64,000 bases of DNA from Botryllus schlosseri. Taxonomy: Eukaryota. The stretch spans positions 11,968,001 to 12,032,000 of the forward strand of contig CM119371.1 in assembly GCA_051294905.1 (NCBI GenBank), in the 5' to 3' direction. The notes beneath the pieces were generated by a model. It made no database searches. It was not told the DNA's origin and was given only the letters and a program-made list of their open reading frames with translations. The first letter of the stretch is position 1. Each line of letters opens with the position of its first letter. The position numbers and the translations under genes are program-made. Shown here one piece after another: positions 38,413 through 51,998 of this stretch.

Positions 38413-40824
38413 ATGTAGCAACTTGCGAACGTTTGACGTGCCACAATTATAGGGAGAATGCTTTAGAATTTACCAAGGTTTGATGTGATATCAGAGCATA
38501 TGAGAAGTGCAGCCCAATCCAGGCTCTGGCATACTCCCGATAAGTAGGTTATTGATCATAACATTGCCAGAGTCAAATTAAATCAGCGTTAGATTTACCT
38601 TCGAATATCGGAATAAATAAATAACGACATGAATACAAAATTAATTCATCATAGTACAGTAATAAAATGTCCAATCGCCTGATAATCAATCGTTGTTACA
38701 GCTGTCTAGCCAACCGCTTTGTTACTCGCCACTTTCAATCGGCGACAGCCACCTTTAATTGACGATAATAACATGGTTAGAGAGACCCAAGATGTAGCTA
38801 ACAATATATATATCAGGGTGGCAAGCATGCGCCTGCTACGACCTTTTGAAATAGGCTATTACTATTCCTCACGACAGTTTGATTACGTTTGTTGCATCCA
38901 TGACTTTACGAACCCACGGCGTTCCAAGTCACAAGTGCTTCTCTGATTTTAACGTTTGAACCGACCCCACTGGAGTCCTTTTGATTTTATCACTTAGTCA
39001 ATTCGAGTTCGAGTAATTCTACTAAAGATCGCGCACCAGTCAAAATCGCACTTTTAGTCACGAATCATTCACAGGTCATTATATAACGTCATCAAATGTA
39101 ATGTGACGTAGCAGCAGATCTTCCACCGCATGGTAGTGATGCGATATTAAAGTTTGACGAGCAGTTTGAGGGTTTCGAAGAAGCTTTGGAGTGAATTTTA
39201 TGTTCCCAAATATAAAACGACCTGTGACAGTTAACTATTGTCGAATATTTGCGTCGCGTGTTTGAGACCTCTGATTTAAATTATCTGATTCGACTTCATG
39301 GCTCGAAATACTGACACAGTCCAGACATCAAAATATCAAATAAATTTCTAAAGAATTTACATCTTTTGAATGAGACCGATGCCGTGTGGTACAATGCGTT
39401 CTCGGTAGGCATGACGTCACTGCCCATGAAACATTTTAACGTCACAATGCTCTGCATCCCACTTGACATTACGGTCTGGCGCTTCTGCTTGTTAGTACAC
39501 AACTAAATCGTAGAATGAAACTCACTTTCCAATCCAATTTTTCAGGCAGCGATTCAATCAGACCATGTCTGAAAACGGAACAAAGTGCTTTTGCTGAGAA
39601 ATTGTTGTCACGCAAATCCACGAACTTCGCCTGGAAGGATGGACATCATTCAGGAAATATTGACGACAACTAAGTATGAAAGTCAGCATGGAGGGAAATT
39701 ATCGGCATCGCGATACAGAATCATTGAGCCGTAAGCTATTAAGGTTACTGTCGAAGGATCTTCAATACGGCGTATGTTACAAAATGATATTCGTTGCTCT
39801 TGTTAATAATAATCTCGCCAGTGAATAAAAAAAAATGTCCAAGATTTCCAAAATTTTCATATATTTCACGTATCGATGTGATACGAATTCGCGAAACTCA
39901 CATTCGTTATGAGCTTGTAAGTACATGAACATGAGTCATTTTCAGATATACATATTTGTGGCGAGCCCTATGGTCGACATGTGGGCCATTATCGCATATA
40001 CTGGAGAAGTCCTGTTCGCGATTCATATATGTGAATCTCGTCAAGAAACGTATCTTTTATCGTAATCGTCGACAATTCACACTCTTCGAGGTGATTTTTG
40101 GTTTCGCGCATTCGATATCGCTTCTGCATCTGACAAATTCACAGATATCAAAATAGAGATCCTTCCATGTTATAACGCAAGAATGAAGAACTTACAAACG
40201 AGGCTTATTGTGGCCCTGGCGAGATTGCTATCGAATGACAATAATTGTTGTCCGAAGTACGAATAGTGTCGAAATTGGATTGACGCTAAATTTGTATTTT
40301 AAAATAGGAGCTGATGTCTATATGCCAATCAAGTATTTGGAGTAGCTATACTTGTAGTTCTATCATTCGGCCGTAAGTTTCGGTTCTCGATATTGATGAA
40401 AATACTCGTGACATAGGCTACTGCTCATATAATATGTATCAACAGGTTGCTACTTTGTCATTTCCAACGAACACAATTGTAAAATTTCTATCCTTCCTAC
40501 AACTGGCCTAAGCTATTTCAAATTATGACATCAATGTGAATGCTACGAGCACTGCAGCGCGGGGAAAAGTTGCAAATCTTGCACATCTGAAATGGGGTGA
40601 TGTTATAATGATGTCATTCAATGATCTCGTGTTAACTCTGCGGGTGACATTACAATTCTACCTCATATACACGTACAAATGTTTTATGAGAATTAGAGAC
40701 AACCAGTCACACTCACGACCGATCAAAAGGAATCATCGCTTCTCCCTAGGCCCCACCGTATCTTTAATTGCACCTGGCCTATGTACGTATCAACGTACCA
40801 CTGACTACGGCAGTTCATAATACA

Positions 40825-41022
40825 CTAAATTCGAATAGTTCGATATAAAATCACATCTACTTGATTGGCGGGTCCTTTCAAACCCGAATTTGGTCGGGGA
40901 TAAAAGGTTTGAAGACCAATGGTCCATAATGCTACATCTAAATTTTCTGCTGTGATGGTTTGATAGTTTATCAAATAGTAGGATTTTGACGGATTCGTAT
41001 TGAAACACGCATTGGGTAAGAA
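40825..41022 (-). CDS. Candidate next (possibly terminal) exon of the NLR gene
   Basis: Follows the 41094 donor after a 71-bp intron; acceptor tatacag|, phase-0 open frame of 65 aa (FLPNACFNTNP..ENLDVALWTIGL..RTIRI*). Only a weak internal donor (CAA|gtagat). Confidence 0.4.
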   Translation of the reverse strand, partial: FLPNACFNTNPSKSYYLINYQTITAENLDVALWTIGLQTFYPRPNSGLKGPANQVDVILYRTIRI

Positions 41023-41093
41023 CTGTATAATTCAAGAATAATGCATTAAATAGTATACCTAAGAAAACAATCATTTAATACAGAGTGACTCAC

Positions 41094-41407
41094 TGGAATT
41101 GGATCCTTGAAACACCTGAAAATGATGCGCAAAAGCTCATCGTTGATCCGGCATTCGGACAAACTCAAAGTATTGATGGTTTTATTCATTGCTGCAAGCG
41201 ATCCAATAATATGAGCTTCATCGCGACTCAATGAGATGCCGGAGACATCAACGACAGAATGTTGTTTGAAAAGAGTGTCGTCATCTGCTTCGTAGATCGC
41301 TGTATATAGTTCCACGCGAATGTGATTATCGCATCTTTCAGTGTTCTCCTGGAGTTGCGAAAGAAACGATTGAGCGAGCACTTGTTGCTTCTTTGTTTGA
41401 TCCGAGA
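41094..41407 (-). CDS. NLR exon: post-NACHT helical region plus first LRR
   Basis: Acceptor ttgacag| (phase 1, matching the NACHT exon donor), donor CCA|gtgagt. Encodes ..ELYTAIYEADD..VDVSGISLSRDEAHIIGSL..INTLSLSECRINDELLRII (RI-type LxxLxLxxCxI LRR). Confidence 0.8.
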
Positions 41408-41699
41408 CTGTCAAGCAATAAGCAATATCGCTGTAGTCGTGGCGTTTCTTTCCTCGCCGTTTACGTACCGATTGGAAAATTTACTACAATGTAGAGACAG
41501 GGTTCAAATTGAGCGATTGATCTCTGGGATCGACCTCACATGGGTATTTTATACCCTACATTGCCCACCATGACACATAGTGATCAACGATGTGCTTGGT
41601 GATAACTCGCGGAAGAGGTCACGTTCAGTTATAGATAACGAACTTACATCAAGATGCGAAAACGTCACTGCGTGGTGTGAGAAGTTACTCTAGCGAATA

Positions 41700-42260
41700 T
41701 TAAGGTGAAATGGCCACGGCCGATTTTGCAGCTTCGTTCCGATTCGCTGAGGCTGGATTCTGAAGTGTTTCGCGGCTGCGACTGTAGGAGTTCTGGCAAT
41801 CCAAAATTATCATCTAGTGTGCGGACTTTACTGGATCTGGTCATGGGCGAAAGCTATTGTGGCTTTGATTGCGATAATATAAATTAAAATATAATTAGGG
41901 CTTCGGAAACTGACCAAAAACCAACCTCAACTTTAGAATCCGTGTGGTTCAGAACAATCGGATGACCGTAAAACAGTGACCACAACAATGACCCATTTAC
42001 GGCTATCCTATTGTTCGTAAAATGCAGATATTTCGGACTTGTCGGGCGAATTCATGGCGGTTCCAGTGCATGATCGTATTTTAATTTATATTTTCGAAAT
42101 CGGTGGACTGTAGCTTTCGATCAAGACCAGATCAGGTAATAGTGCGCTCTGGACAATAGTTTTTAGATCGCCAGAAATCCTATAGTCGCTGTCGCGAATA
42201 AATCCAGAATCCAGCCTCAGCGAAGCGAACAAAGCAGAAAAGTCGGTCGTCGTTATTCGA
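41700..42260. mobile_element. Old MITE-like element with ~45-bp imperfect inverted repeats
   Basis: CCGATTTTGCAGCTTCGTTCCGATTCGCTGAGGCTGGATTCTG (~41720-41762) pairs with CAGAATCCAGCCTCAGCGAAGCGAACAAAGCAGAAAAGTCGG (~42204-42246); exact ends and TSD unclear. Confidence 0.55.
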
Positions 42261-43988
42261 TGTTTACATTCGACAGATCTTATACTCTCTTCGCAAACTG
42301 ATATAGCCTAGTCATGAATTAGCTGGCGAGCCGAGCACATACTTTATTATAACCGTCTTTGAGAGAAATCTGCGGTCGCATTATTTCCAAAAATATAAAT
42401 TAAGTAGCACACCTGAATATGAATTGAGAATCGGGACATTCTCGGTCAACATACCTCCAAATCCAAGTCGGAATCGTGCTATGTAGATTGCTCGGGTCTA
42501 GAGTCGGAGTCGAAATCGTAATATTCAATTTGAGATAGTCGGGGTGCAGTGATTGGATTGAGGGAATTGTAAATGAGAGTATGCGAATTGTAAATGAAAG
42601 TATAGAAGTTGTGGAATTGATTGGGGAAAATTCCGGAATCTGTGTCACGGAATATTTCCCGGGCTCGCAATCGGATTGTAATATCCAGGGTTGTAACCAA
42701 GTTACAAGGCTCAGAGTCACAGGTTAATCTCACTTTTATGGTTTTGACTCGAACGCGCAGCGGAAAAATTTTTTTCAACAACCTTCGGCTTCGCGCCACC
42801 CTTCTGATGCTCTCACGTCTCCTAGTTCGAGAACCACTGCACTGAAATGTTATATATGCAATAGTACAAAGCATATTTTCCTGGTCGCTGCCGTCCGAGC
42901 GGTGTGCAGGTCAAATAGCCTTTACGTTGAACGAAGCTTGCAATTTTTCTGAACTTCGCCCTCCCTTGACTGAGTGCTTCGTGCTTATGTCATAGGACCG
43001 ACTTAAATTAAAATCGTTAATCTCGGCGAAATTATCGGTAAAAAACCGAAAGGATGGGTTCACCCCTGACTCCATTATGCGAATATTCAGTGCTCTAAAT
43101 TCTAAACCTAAACCTTCTTTGAATTTCCATTTTCGTTTTTTTTCCAACATGCCCGTTAATCCGGTATGGGTGATAGCTATGATGAGTCATATAGTAATCG
43201 CGAGCACTGATTGACTTGTTTTACGAATTACGGATTTGGAAACATATCACGTCACAAATTGAAGCACATACCGTATGAAGCGTAATGTGACAATGTCAAC
43301 AAGGAAGGTTTGAGCTAAACTATATGGAAAGAGTGATTTCTTTTGACTTCAATTGCTACTCATACTTTACCACGTTGCCTTTATTTTGAATCTGGATCAC
43401 GCTGCCAGGTAAGTAGACAGCGTGATTGAGGCATATTAATGAACAGGCTTCAAGGTAAACGAATCTCCTGTTGATTTGATACAGCTGTTTAGTCATTCAA
43501 AAAGCAAGTTTTATGTTTTGAATTACAAGCAACCTTTCACGGGCCGCAAAGAATAGCTTCGCGGGCCGCACTTTGCCCAGGTCTGCTATGGTTGGAACAA
43601 CTGGCATCGAGGGGCCCTACGAGAATATAAAACTTTTGATTTCAAATTTAAAACATAGTGCTCAAACGGGTAAAGTTTCCGATGATTTTGCACTCATGAA
43701 TATGTTACTGGTTTAACTGTCCAGAACTAGAAGGTATCCTTGTTTTATGTGTGAATGGGTTATGAGAAATCATTGAATTGAACGTAAGTGGCCGATGAGG
43801 GAGTTAGTCTTACACCAAGCTTTAAAATGTTTCGAAGCCTGCTCTTATCGACAGATATATTGTTGTATTTCCATCAATATATATCAAACTGGATGTCATG
43901 GAAAAATTTTTGAAGGCTCTGATCCAAGAGAGTGCACGTTCTAAATACATTCACGAAAAGTTTCCTCACTTGATTCTATATAATTTAG

Positions 43989-44309
43989 CAGTGTTTCTCA
44001 ACCTTTTTGTAGACACGCCCCCGTTTATGATAGTGAAAAATTTCGCGGATATTTATCGTCACGTCACAAAATCCAACCGGGATGCTAGCAACTCCAACGG
44101 ATTTGTTGATGGCATGGAAGGTTATAACTGTTGGGGAGAGAATTAAAAATATAAAATTATGTTTATATATAGAGAAAAACGCGTGGATTGTAGATAAATC
44201 GCGCAAAGCGCGAAATGTGTTTTCAGTTGACCGCTTCTTCGCCCCATCCCCTTCCGAGCTTTCACGCCCTCCTCCAAGGGATGCGCGCCCCCCAGGTTGG
44301 GAACCACTA
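43989..44309. mobile_element. hAT Charlie-type MITE (relative at ~56655-56896)
   Basis: CAGTGTTTCTCAACC / GGTTGGGAACCACTA; TSD TAATTTAG / TAATAGAG. Confidence 0.75.
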
Positions 44310-45546
44310 TAATAGAGGGTGTATTTGTTAAACCTCAAATCAGAGCACTCACCAAAACCCCCTATTTTTATTAGGAAGGCGAATTTGGAAAAAAATACAT
44401 GACTATCTTTGATTGAAGGTGAATCTAAATTTCTTTGAAATGCTAAGGATCCTGATTATTTGGAGGGCTTAGTTTAGGATAATAGAACCTCGAATCCGAT
44501 AAGGTAAGTTGGGAGCTTTGTAAGATGTGATTCGTATCGTATACGGACCTAAACGGGCTTATGCACCCTCAATACAGCCGTTTTTGAATAAGTTTTTTTT
44601 TCGATTTTGGCGAAAAATTGTGACGTGATGAGTGAATTCTGGCGGCAAATTAGGAATCAGCATCTTCAGAAGCGATAAATTCAATTATTCGCTCTAAATA
44701 GCAAAAGAAAAGTTGAAAAATGTCGACTAGTGTTATATTTATTGCCCACCATAGTGGAACAAAAACTCCAATAACGCAAACTAAGTTTGTGAATGCGGGG
44801 AGTAGATCATTGTGATTCGCGACGAGCGTGGAACCGTGTACGGCCATGATAGTTACAATAGAGTTATACGTGCTACCAGAATCGAAACTGCCGCACCCCA
44901 AACCCCTCAATGGAGAGAGCTCTAAGGGGGATCAAAATTATTTCGTCAGACGTTTTTGGAGGAGATTTGTTCAACATCAAAATTTTCTTCGCGCTTTGTG
45001 CGATTAGAGGTCTTCACATTTTAATATGAACTGCAATAAAACATGCGCATAATATAGAGAAATTGGCCTATTGGCACCAGCGATTACCATGCATTAAGCA
45101 AGACTATGACCCTGTCTAGGCTGATAGGTGGGCCACAAAACATTTTTAAACCTGAAAATGGGGCACGGCCAAGAGAAGGTTGAGAACCCACCATGCTCTA
45201 ATTATTATGTATGAATCATTCAAACATGATATATATCCCACCCTGTATAATTAGGATGGCGATATATATAATAGCAGTGTTGCTCTTCTGTGTGACTCAT
45301 CAACCAATACAGAGATCTAAAAAATTTACCACTAAGCACTAAGGATGGTGTGAACATCTGAAAGGTTCAGGTTCGTGTGAGCGCGAACCTTTGCGAAAAG
45401 TTCTGTGTGAATGCGAACGCGATCATCGTGACGTCATATTGCTAAATCCAACCCTACATTCAGTGAAGGGACCACCTATATTGTTGCACACTTGCACACG
45501 ATACCTAGCGACGACTCGGGCCACATAACGATACAATGCTGAAGTA

Positions 45547-46505
45547 GGGGATATGGGGTACCGATGGATCAAAAATTGCAAAATGATCTTTGGCCCTCAA
45601 ATCACCAGCCGAGAATAGCAGATCTTTTGCTGTCTCAATACTTCGATATAAGCTCTACCTATCGCGGACATTTACATGAATATACGCCTTTCAAAAATAT
45701 TTATAAACGGTTAAAATTTGTTGCTCGAACGTGTCATCGGTCCCCACGCGGTGGGTCCAAAGACACACGACCATGGGACCTATGAGACATACGCTCAAAA
45801 ACTCAAATTTGCTAACTTGTTTTGTTGTGTACTATAAGCTAACCTACCGCAATCCAATGAAAAATGTTTCGTCGCGACGTTCAAGAATAAAATAGATTAT
45901 ATCGACTCAAATGTTGGCATAAAATCATGTTTTGATTTACGCCAAAACTTCCAAAATTAATGCCACATACTTATTACCCGTAAATCGACATTTTGACTTT
46001 CAAATACCTCGTAATAGCAATAAAACACCACAGGTAACTATGATTTACAGCCTATATATATGTAGGCGAGTTTCTGTTGTTAAGTGATTAGTTGGTCCAT
46101 CTATTTTGCTTGATTTGGCTATGGTGCCAAAGGTTCCCCACCCCATAAATATTGTAATTGAATTGAAAATAGTCCACTCGAGGATGTTATTGATTTAAAA
46201 AATATGTTCCATTATATACCCTGATAGAAGCCCTATACTTCACAACAAAAATTATGGCAGGTTTTTAGTCTCAAAAGTGATATAGAAAAATGAAAATGTC
46301 GATCCAAATTTACTTTGAACCCCCTAAAACGTAAATCATTTGTCACAGACGCCATAACTCACGCAGGTCGATTTTATTTGCATGTGAGGAAAGATTCCGC
46401 CAGGATGTAATTGTAGACAAATTCACGGAGTGTAATCATGGAATTATCATGGACAATTTTTCAAGTATTTTCGGTCCCAGTGATCCATCGGTACCACATC
46501 TCCCC
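45547..46505. mobile_element. MITE with TA target duplication (Tc1/mariner-pogo type inferred)
   Basis: 25-bp TIR GGGGATATGGGGTACCGATGGATCA / TGATCCATCGGTACCACATCTCCCC flanked by TA; absent at the equivalent site of the 32104 copy. Confidence 0.82.
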
Positions 46506-47080
46506 TACATACTGACGTTTTAAACGTCGCCAAATGTATCAACTGGGGCACTCAAATGATATAATAATTAATCAAATAAAATCAATATTTTCCGTCGCTT
46601 TGCCAACAATTTCGACGGACTTCCAAGGGAATATAAGCTGACGCCTTATCAGTCCGGGCCAGACCGGACAATGTATCGGCGTCTGAGTATTGCTACTGGT
46701 TTGCTAAAATATCACCTTATTAACAATTTATATAGTAGTAGCCAACACCTCAATCGCACGGATTTGGTTTTTATCATACAATAAACATATGAAATTAAGA
46801 TTGACCCCGTTCGCCTGTTATATTTTTTACATCAGAATACGGCATCAGATTCATTGGTTGATTGAATAAGCACCATTCGCTGACTACCTATATGTAGTGT
46901 ATTTCGTTCTTGATGTTGTGTGATTGCGGGTCCAGCTCACAGCAGAGAGTCACTAAATATTCGAGCAAACTTTTGTGACAAAGCAAGTAAAATTTTCGAG
47001 ATTGTCAGGGTGCATGCTCGTTTAGTGTTGAGTTTTTTTTTATGCTGCCAGCGCCATGCATATATGGTGACCCGCAGTTA

Positions 47081-48204
47081 TTTATTATTATTATTGATGA
47101 AAAGATGAGTGACGCTTTTCGCCTGTAAGGCCAGGTGCGTCACGGACTAGAATGAGCGATTTACCAAAATATGGGCAATAACCGATTTACAAGTAAGTAC
47201 CACAAGATATAACAAATTCTGCAACATGGGATAACATTTCGGGGATGATCAGTAGATTTTCGAGTGTTGCAGTGATTTTCAGCTCGCGCGCCCTGTCGAT
47301 TAAAAAGTTCCGATGAAAATCATATCGATTGCAGTGCAGCAAAAAATGCTCGACTGTTTCAGGTACTGTACAGTGGTCGCATAGGTCGGTGTCACTACAT
47401 CCAATTTTATATAAATGCGCTTTCAGGCGGCAGTGGCCTGAACGAAGCCGAAATATTATTCGTTCGTAAAGCCTATGTCGATGCATCGATGGAAAGTGGC
47501 CATCAGTCAATGATCTATGAAAATTTCGATAGTGACCTCCTTGCTCATTTCGTTGATATTCGGCGTTCCAGGTCGCTCTACAGTATTGACGTACTTTGGA
47601 TTTCGCCTCAGCGAGGCTAATATCGTCTGGAAGCGTCTGAGAACGGTTATTTTCGATATCGGTCCTGGCAGCTTGCCAAGCCAATTTATCAGCTAACTCA
47701 TTACCACCGATATCAGCATGCCCCGGTACCCAGGCCATGACAACAATGGCGCCTTTCTGAACCACTCGATTCAGCAAGCGACCACATTCAAATATAACAT
47801 TCTGCGTTTGCGGTGCCTGCAGGTTGGTCATAGCGGATAGCACGCTCAGACTGTCCGATAGAATCAGATATGTTTGTTGGTATGAGCCATTCTGGCAGAT
47901 TCATTTTAGAGCGTGGAGAATGGCTTGTGCTTCTATGGAGAAGATTGAGTGGAACACGACTGGGAAAAGTTTATCATCAGCGACGGGATGGTAAAGGCAA
48001 AACCAGCTCCCTCTGCTGATTTGGAGCCGTCAGTGTATATTTCAGTGGCATCCCTATATCGTTCGAATATGAAGTCCAGGACTATGGGTTTATGTGACAG
48101 AGGTGCGATATCTTTTTTAATGATTTTTGCAAGTTCTAAATCAATATTAGGTGATTGAATCATCCATGGAGGCAAATTTGGAAGACTTTTTCTTTTCAAG
48201 ACAA
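47081..48204 (-). mobile_element. 5'-truncated I/Nimb-like LINE (RNase H plus C-terminal zinc knuckle)
   Basis: IYTDGSK, ILSDSLSVL, WVPGHADIGGNELADKLA, RLRSGHCRL, CDHC..ETVEHFLLHC; (TAA)n tail at 47081; perfect 15-bp TSD GGTGACCCGCAGTTA (47066-47080, 48205-48219); frameshift near 47930. Confidence 0.95.
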
Positions 48205-48482
48205 GGTGACCCGCAGTTAAAATGCAATGAATCCCAAACAAAGATGTTATAATGAAGTGGAAATTGTAATGAAAAAGAACACAGCGCAGAACCTACCAAG
48301 GTTCGTTTGTGAACGTGGACATCTAAATATATGAGGTTCATTCACAGAACGTAAACGTGAATCCCACGTTCACACCTTCCCTATTAAACACTATACTGAT
48401 GACAAATACACAATACCTCGCTACCAACAAACGATGGTCAGCAACGAAATCTAGGGAGCAGTCAAATAACATATGTATACAA

Positions 48483-49205
48483 CAGTGGTTCCCAACCTTT
48501 TTGGATGCTGGAGCCGCATTTCAAACATCAGAGTGTGTATAGGTCAGCATGAAAACACGTACAGACTTATAACGAAAATTTAAAGGTAGCTTGCCTACCT
48601 CTGGATCTTACCATACAGATAATTCAAAAGCATGCACAATGTATTGGACATAGCCTTCTATTGATATATATCGGTTATTTTAGCACTGATAGGATCAGAT
48701 TAGCGAGTGCTATATATTGAAATAAACTGAAAAGAAATATCATTACTACAACATGCTGTTATATCGTTATGTGATAGCTCTTCAGTCTTCATACATTTCA
48801 ACACGTAATGCCCAAGTTTGCGTGGTACGCCAAGTAATATTGGACTTATTGTACATACTTGACTATGAACCGTTATTTTGATATTAGCAAAATTTTGTCG
48901 AAGTTTACTCTTCACAGAGACGATATATAAAGGTCTATATGACCATGAGATCTCGAGATATATCCTTGTTTGACGGGTATTCATCCCTGCGTTTGACGAT
49001 AGTCTGCAAGAATTCTCTTAGCCGGTTTTCAGAAGCGGCCTTGGACGGCTTCCAATATACCTAATATCCCTCCTTTTAACATTCATATACAGAAATTGAC
49101 TGCAACTATTCCCAGAATAAACAGCAACAGTCGTATATTATATTTTGTGGCATATTTAGATTTCAATCACAGCCGCAAGAACGCTACCACGGTTGGGAAT
49201 CACTG
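48483..49205. mobile_element. hAT Charlie-type MITE
   Basis: CAGTGGTTCCCAACC / GGTTGGGAATCACTG; degenerate TSD GTATACAA / GTTTACAT. Confidence 0.75.
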
Positions 49206-50859
49206 GTTTACATGCACTTAGTCAAGTATTCGTGAACTAGGGCTATTGCACCATTTTCTTAAACATTTGTTCGACCCATGTGGCTTAGCTACTTACTAGA
49301 AATATTTTTGATTTGGTTAAGTGGGAAGTAGTGTTTGGTTATATTTCCATTAAAGTTGTAAGTGATAACAAAACCAGACAATGTATTTACTGTTTCATAA
49401 TATCATGGTATAATTCCAAAAATTGAACCAATTTGTGACTGCATCTGTAATTTTGTGTTAATCGCGATTTGTTTGAAATTTTTCCACCAATCAATTGAAT
49501 TGGAATTCGCAATAAATGTGCAGTTTATCAATATAGTTACTAATGACTGTGGTTGTTGGTATATACAAACTATATTTTATTTATCATTAGCAATTTTAAG
49601 AGGACTTTGAAAGCACTCTTTTTCATATTATATAAGTTGGAGTCGGGATCGTAGTCGAGAGCATTTTCACGATTCCGATCCCGACTCCAGTCGGTAATTT
49701 TTCACGACTCAGACTCCAAGGTGTGCTAAAAGAGACTCCGACTCCATCAAGATAAAATGAGCGAAACTCGTACTCGTACTCCGACCCTACTCCACAGTCC
49801 TGATTGCCCGGCAGTAGAACAACAAAATCCGGTGACTGAAGAACATTATACAACTAAAGAATGTCCCAATTACCTGAAACACTAATTTGATTGACACTGA
49901 TATTCAACTCGATTTTGTAGTTGCATCAAGACGCAGCTTATTATTTACGACAATCTGATACAGATTGTGATTTCTTATTATACAATGCAAAATTAATCCA
50001 ATAGCTTCTGTGGATTGCTGATAATAGTCAGAAGGAATCTTAGTGGCAAGGTGGCTACCAGAGAGCGCTGTGGCGCGTTCCACAGCTGCAACGCCAATGA
50101 TTTGCGAGTACTAGTCCGAGGGAGGTCGACTCCAGAATTCCAGCCAAAGTATTGAATGTTTATCCAGACTCTTTGTCGCCATCTGATCCATGTTAGCGGT
50201 GTTCAGAACTTAAGTCGGTCGGGCAAAGTGTTGACGAATCAGGAATCATACTAAACAAGCTCAGTATAGTAGAAACACCTTGAATACCAAAGCAAGTACT
50301 ATACAACAAGGTGTCGAATATGGTCAGCTCTTAACCAAGACGTTGTAATGAGTAAGGTCATGACTAGGCGCGGCTGGAGTCGTTTTCCTCAGTGTAGACA
50401 ATTGCGTGACTAGACTTGGCCCCTGCATCAGTTTCTTATGTATTCGGCCTTTCTCGATTCATTGTGCATGCCCCAACCAAGTCATATGACTCACTCTCAA
50501 CTCTCAAGTATCTCATATATTCTCTCTGGTCGTTTCTCGCATCAATTCGGTAGTGGGATACGGCCGACATTAAGCCTTTTCACATGCAGCAATTTGGTAT
50601 CACGACACATCCGAACGCGTCATGAGATTTCCAGTTGATCGGTTATGTGCGACCGATTCGAGAGAATACTGAGTCCTTCGTCGTGGCAGGAGATTTTGTC
50701 ATGTGTTTTGGCGTGAGCCTAGTGACTCGTCTTTGGAGCAGGATATTTCGTGCTTTGTCGTGTGATGTAGGGAAGATCGCTGGCCGAGAAATGTTAACAA
50801 CTATGATATATTTCAATTGATCGGCTAATTTCAAAGTTTGACGCGATATATGCTTACTT

Positions 50860-51260
50860 TGCAGGGCCAATCTGGTTTTAATATACTCCAATGATCCTAT
50901 ACGTTTATATAGAAGTAAATTAAAATATTTGTAGGTCCGACACGATGTCCAACTATCACTTTGAAATTGCCTTATCATTACGCGTAAATTACGATTACCA
51001 GCAGCGCGTATTTTCAAATATATAGTTTAGCAAAGCCCTGAACTAACTGTTACCGAGGACCAATTCAGTTTTAATACACTCAAACGATCATATAATTTGA
51101 GATAAAAAATAAATTAGGACATTTATAGGTCCGACACAATATCCTACTATCATTTTGATATTGCCGTATCAATACGCTAAATTGCGATTACCAGCAGCGC
51201 GTATATGTAAAATTTTCAAAATTAATTTAGTGTCACCCATTACCGTTTCCCGATGAATAC
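50860..51260 (+). repeat. Left arm of foldback-like structure: two ~195-bp tandem units
   Basis: TAGGTCCGACAC..ACTATCA..GATTACCAGCAGCGCGTA at ~50932 and ~51127; reverse-complement copies at 60380-60780. Confidence 0.85.
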
Positions 51261-51998
51261 TCTAGAGCAGGGGCGGGCAACACACTGCCCGCGAAGGGAT
51301 TTTGTCCGGCCCGTGGACAGTTATCCGTCTTATATGGCTTAATACTACTGCTTGCTTAATACGTCAAATTTTAGCGACTGTACGTTATTACATTGCTCTT
51401 CAACCTTTTTCGACGTGGTGCACCCTATTAACGTTTGCTCAAAACTCGTACACCCCTCTTCATATAAAACACCCAAGTCGGTAATGGGCCTAATTATCAT
51501 AAGGATTAGCAAGCTATAGGAACTGCCAAATACTAATTAGGACTGCATCAGCGAACCTACGATATACAATCAATTGCGATTCATCTGAAATATCTGTCGT
51601 TTCATCAAGCTCTATGGCTAAACAAACATTTAAAAGCACAACATCCTAGTCACCAAAACAAATCAAATGCATTTTTTTGAAGAAAATCTGAGTTATCAAC
51701 AAAAGCAAGTTTCTTGCTTTGAAAACGAAGTAAAAGGTGTGAAAAAAGAATTAGTGGTCGTTTGCCTAAAAATGGCTCATGTTCTACTGAAGAAAAAGCG
51801 GCCATACACAGGGTTGGAGTCTGTAGTGCTTACTTGTCTTGAAATCGCAGCTAACTATTTGCATGTTGGTGAAAAAGCTCTCAGGAAAGTAAGAGCCGTC
51901 TCATTATCAGACACTACAGTTAAACGGAGAAGCGATGATATTTCGCAGGATTTGCTGGAACAACTAGTTATAAAGCTCAAGAATGCCACTGCCTATGG

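Larger units (their letters stand above)
45340..48383. mobile_element. Second copy of the 32104-33088 MITE, expanded by two nested insertions
   Basis: TAAGGATGGTGTGAAC / GTTCACACCTTCCCTA; TSD CTAAGCAC / TTAAACAC; internal sequence collinear with 32104-33088 once 45547-46505 and 47081-48204 are removed. Confidence 0.88.

Noticed and set aside
39540..40600. Additional NLR exons in this interval
   Set aside because: Several splice-like borders exist on both strands, but phases and frames could not be joined consistently.
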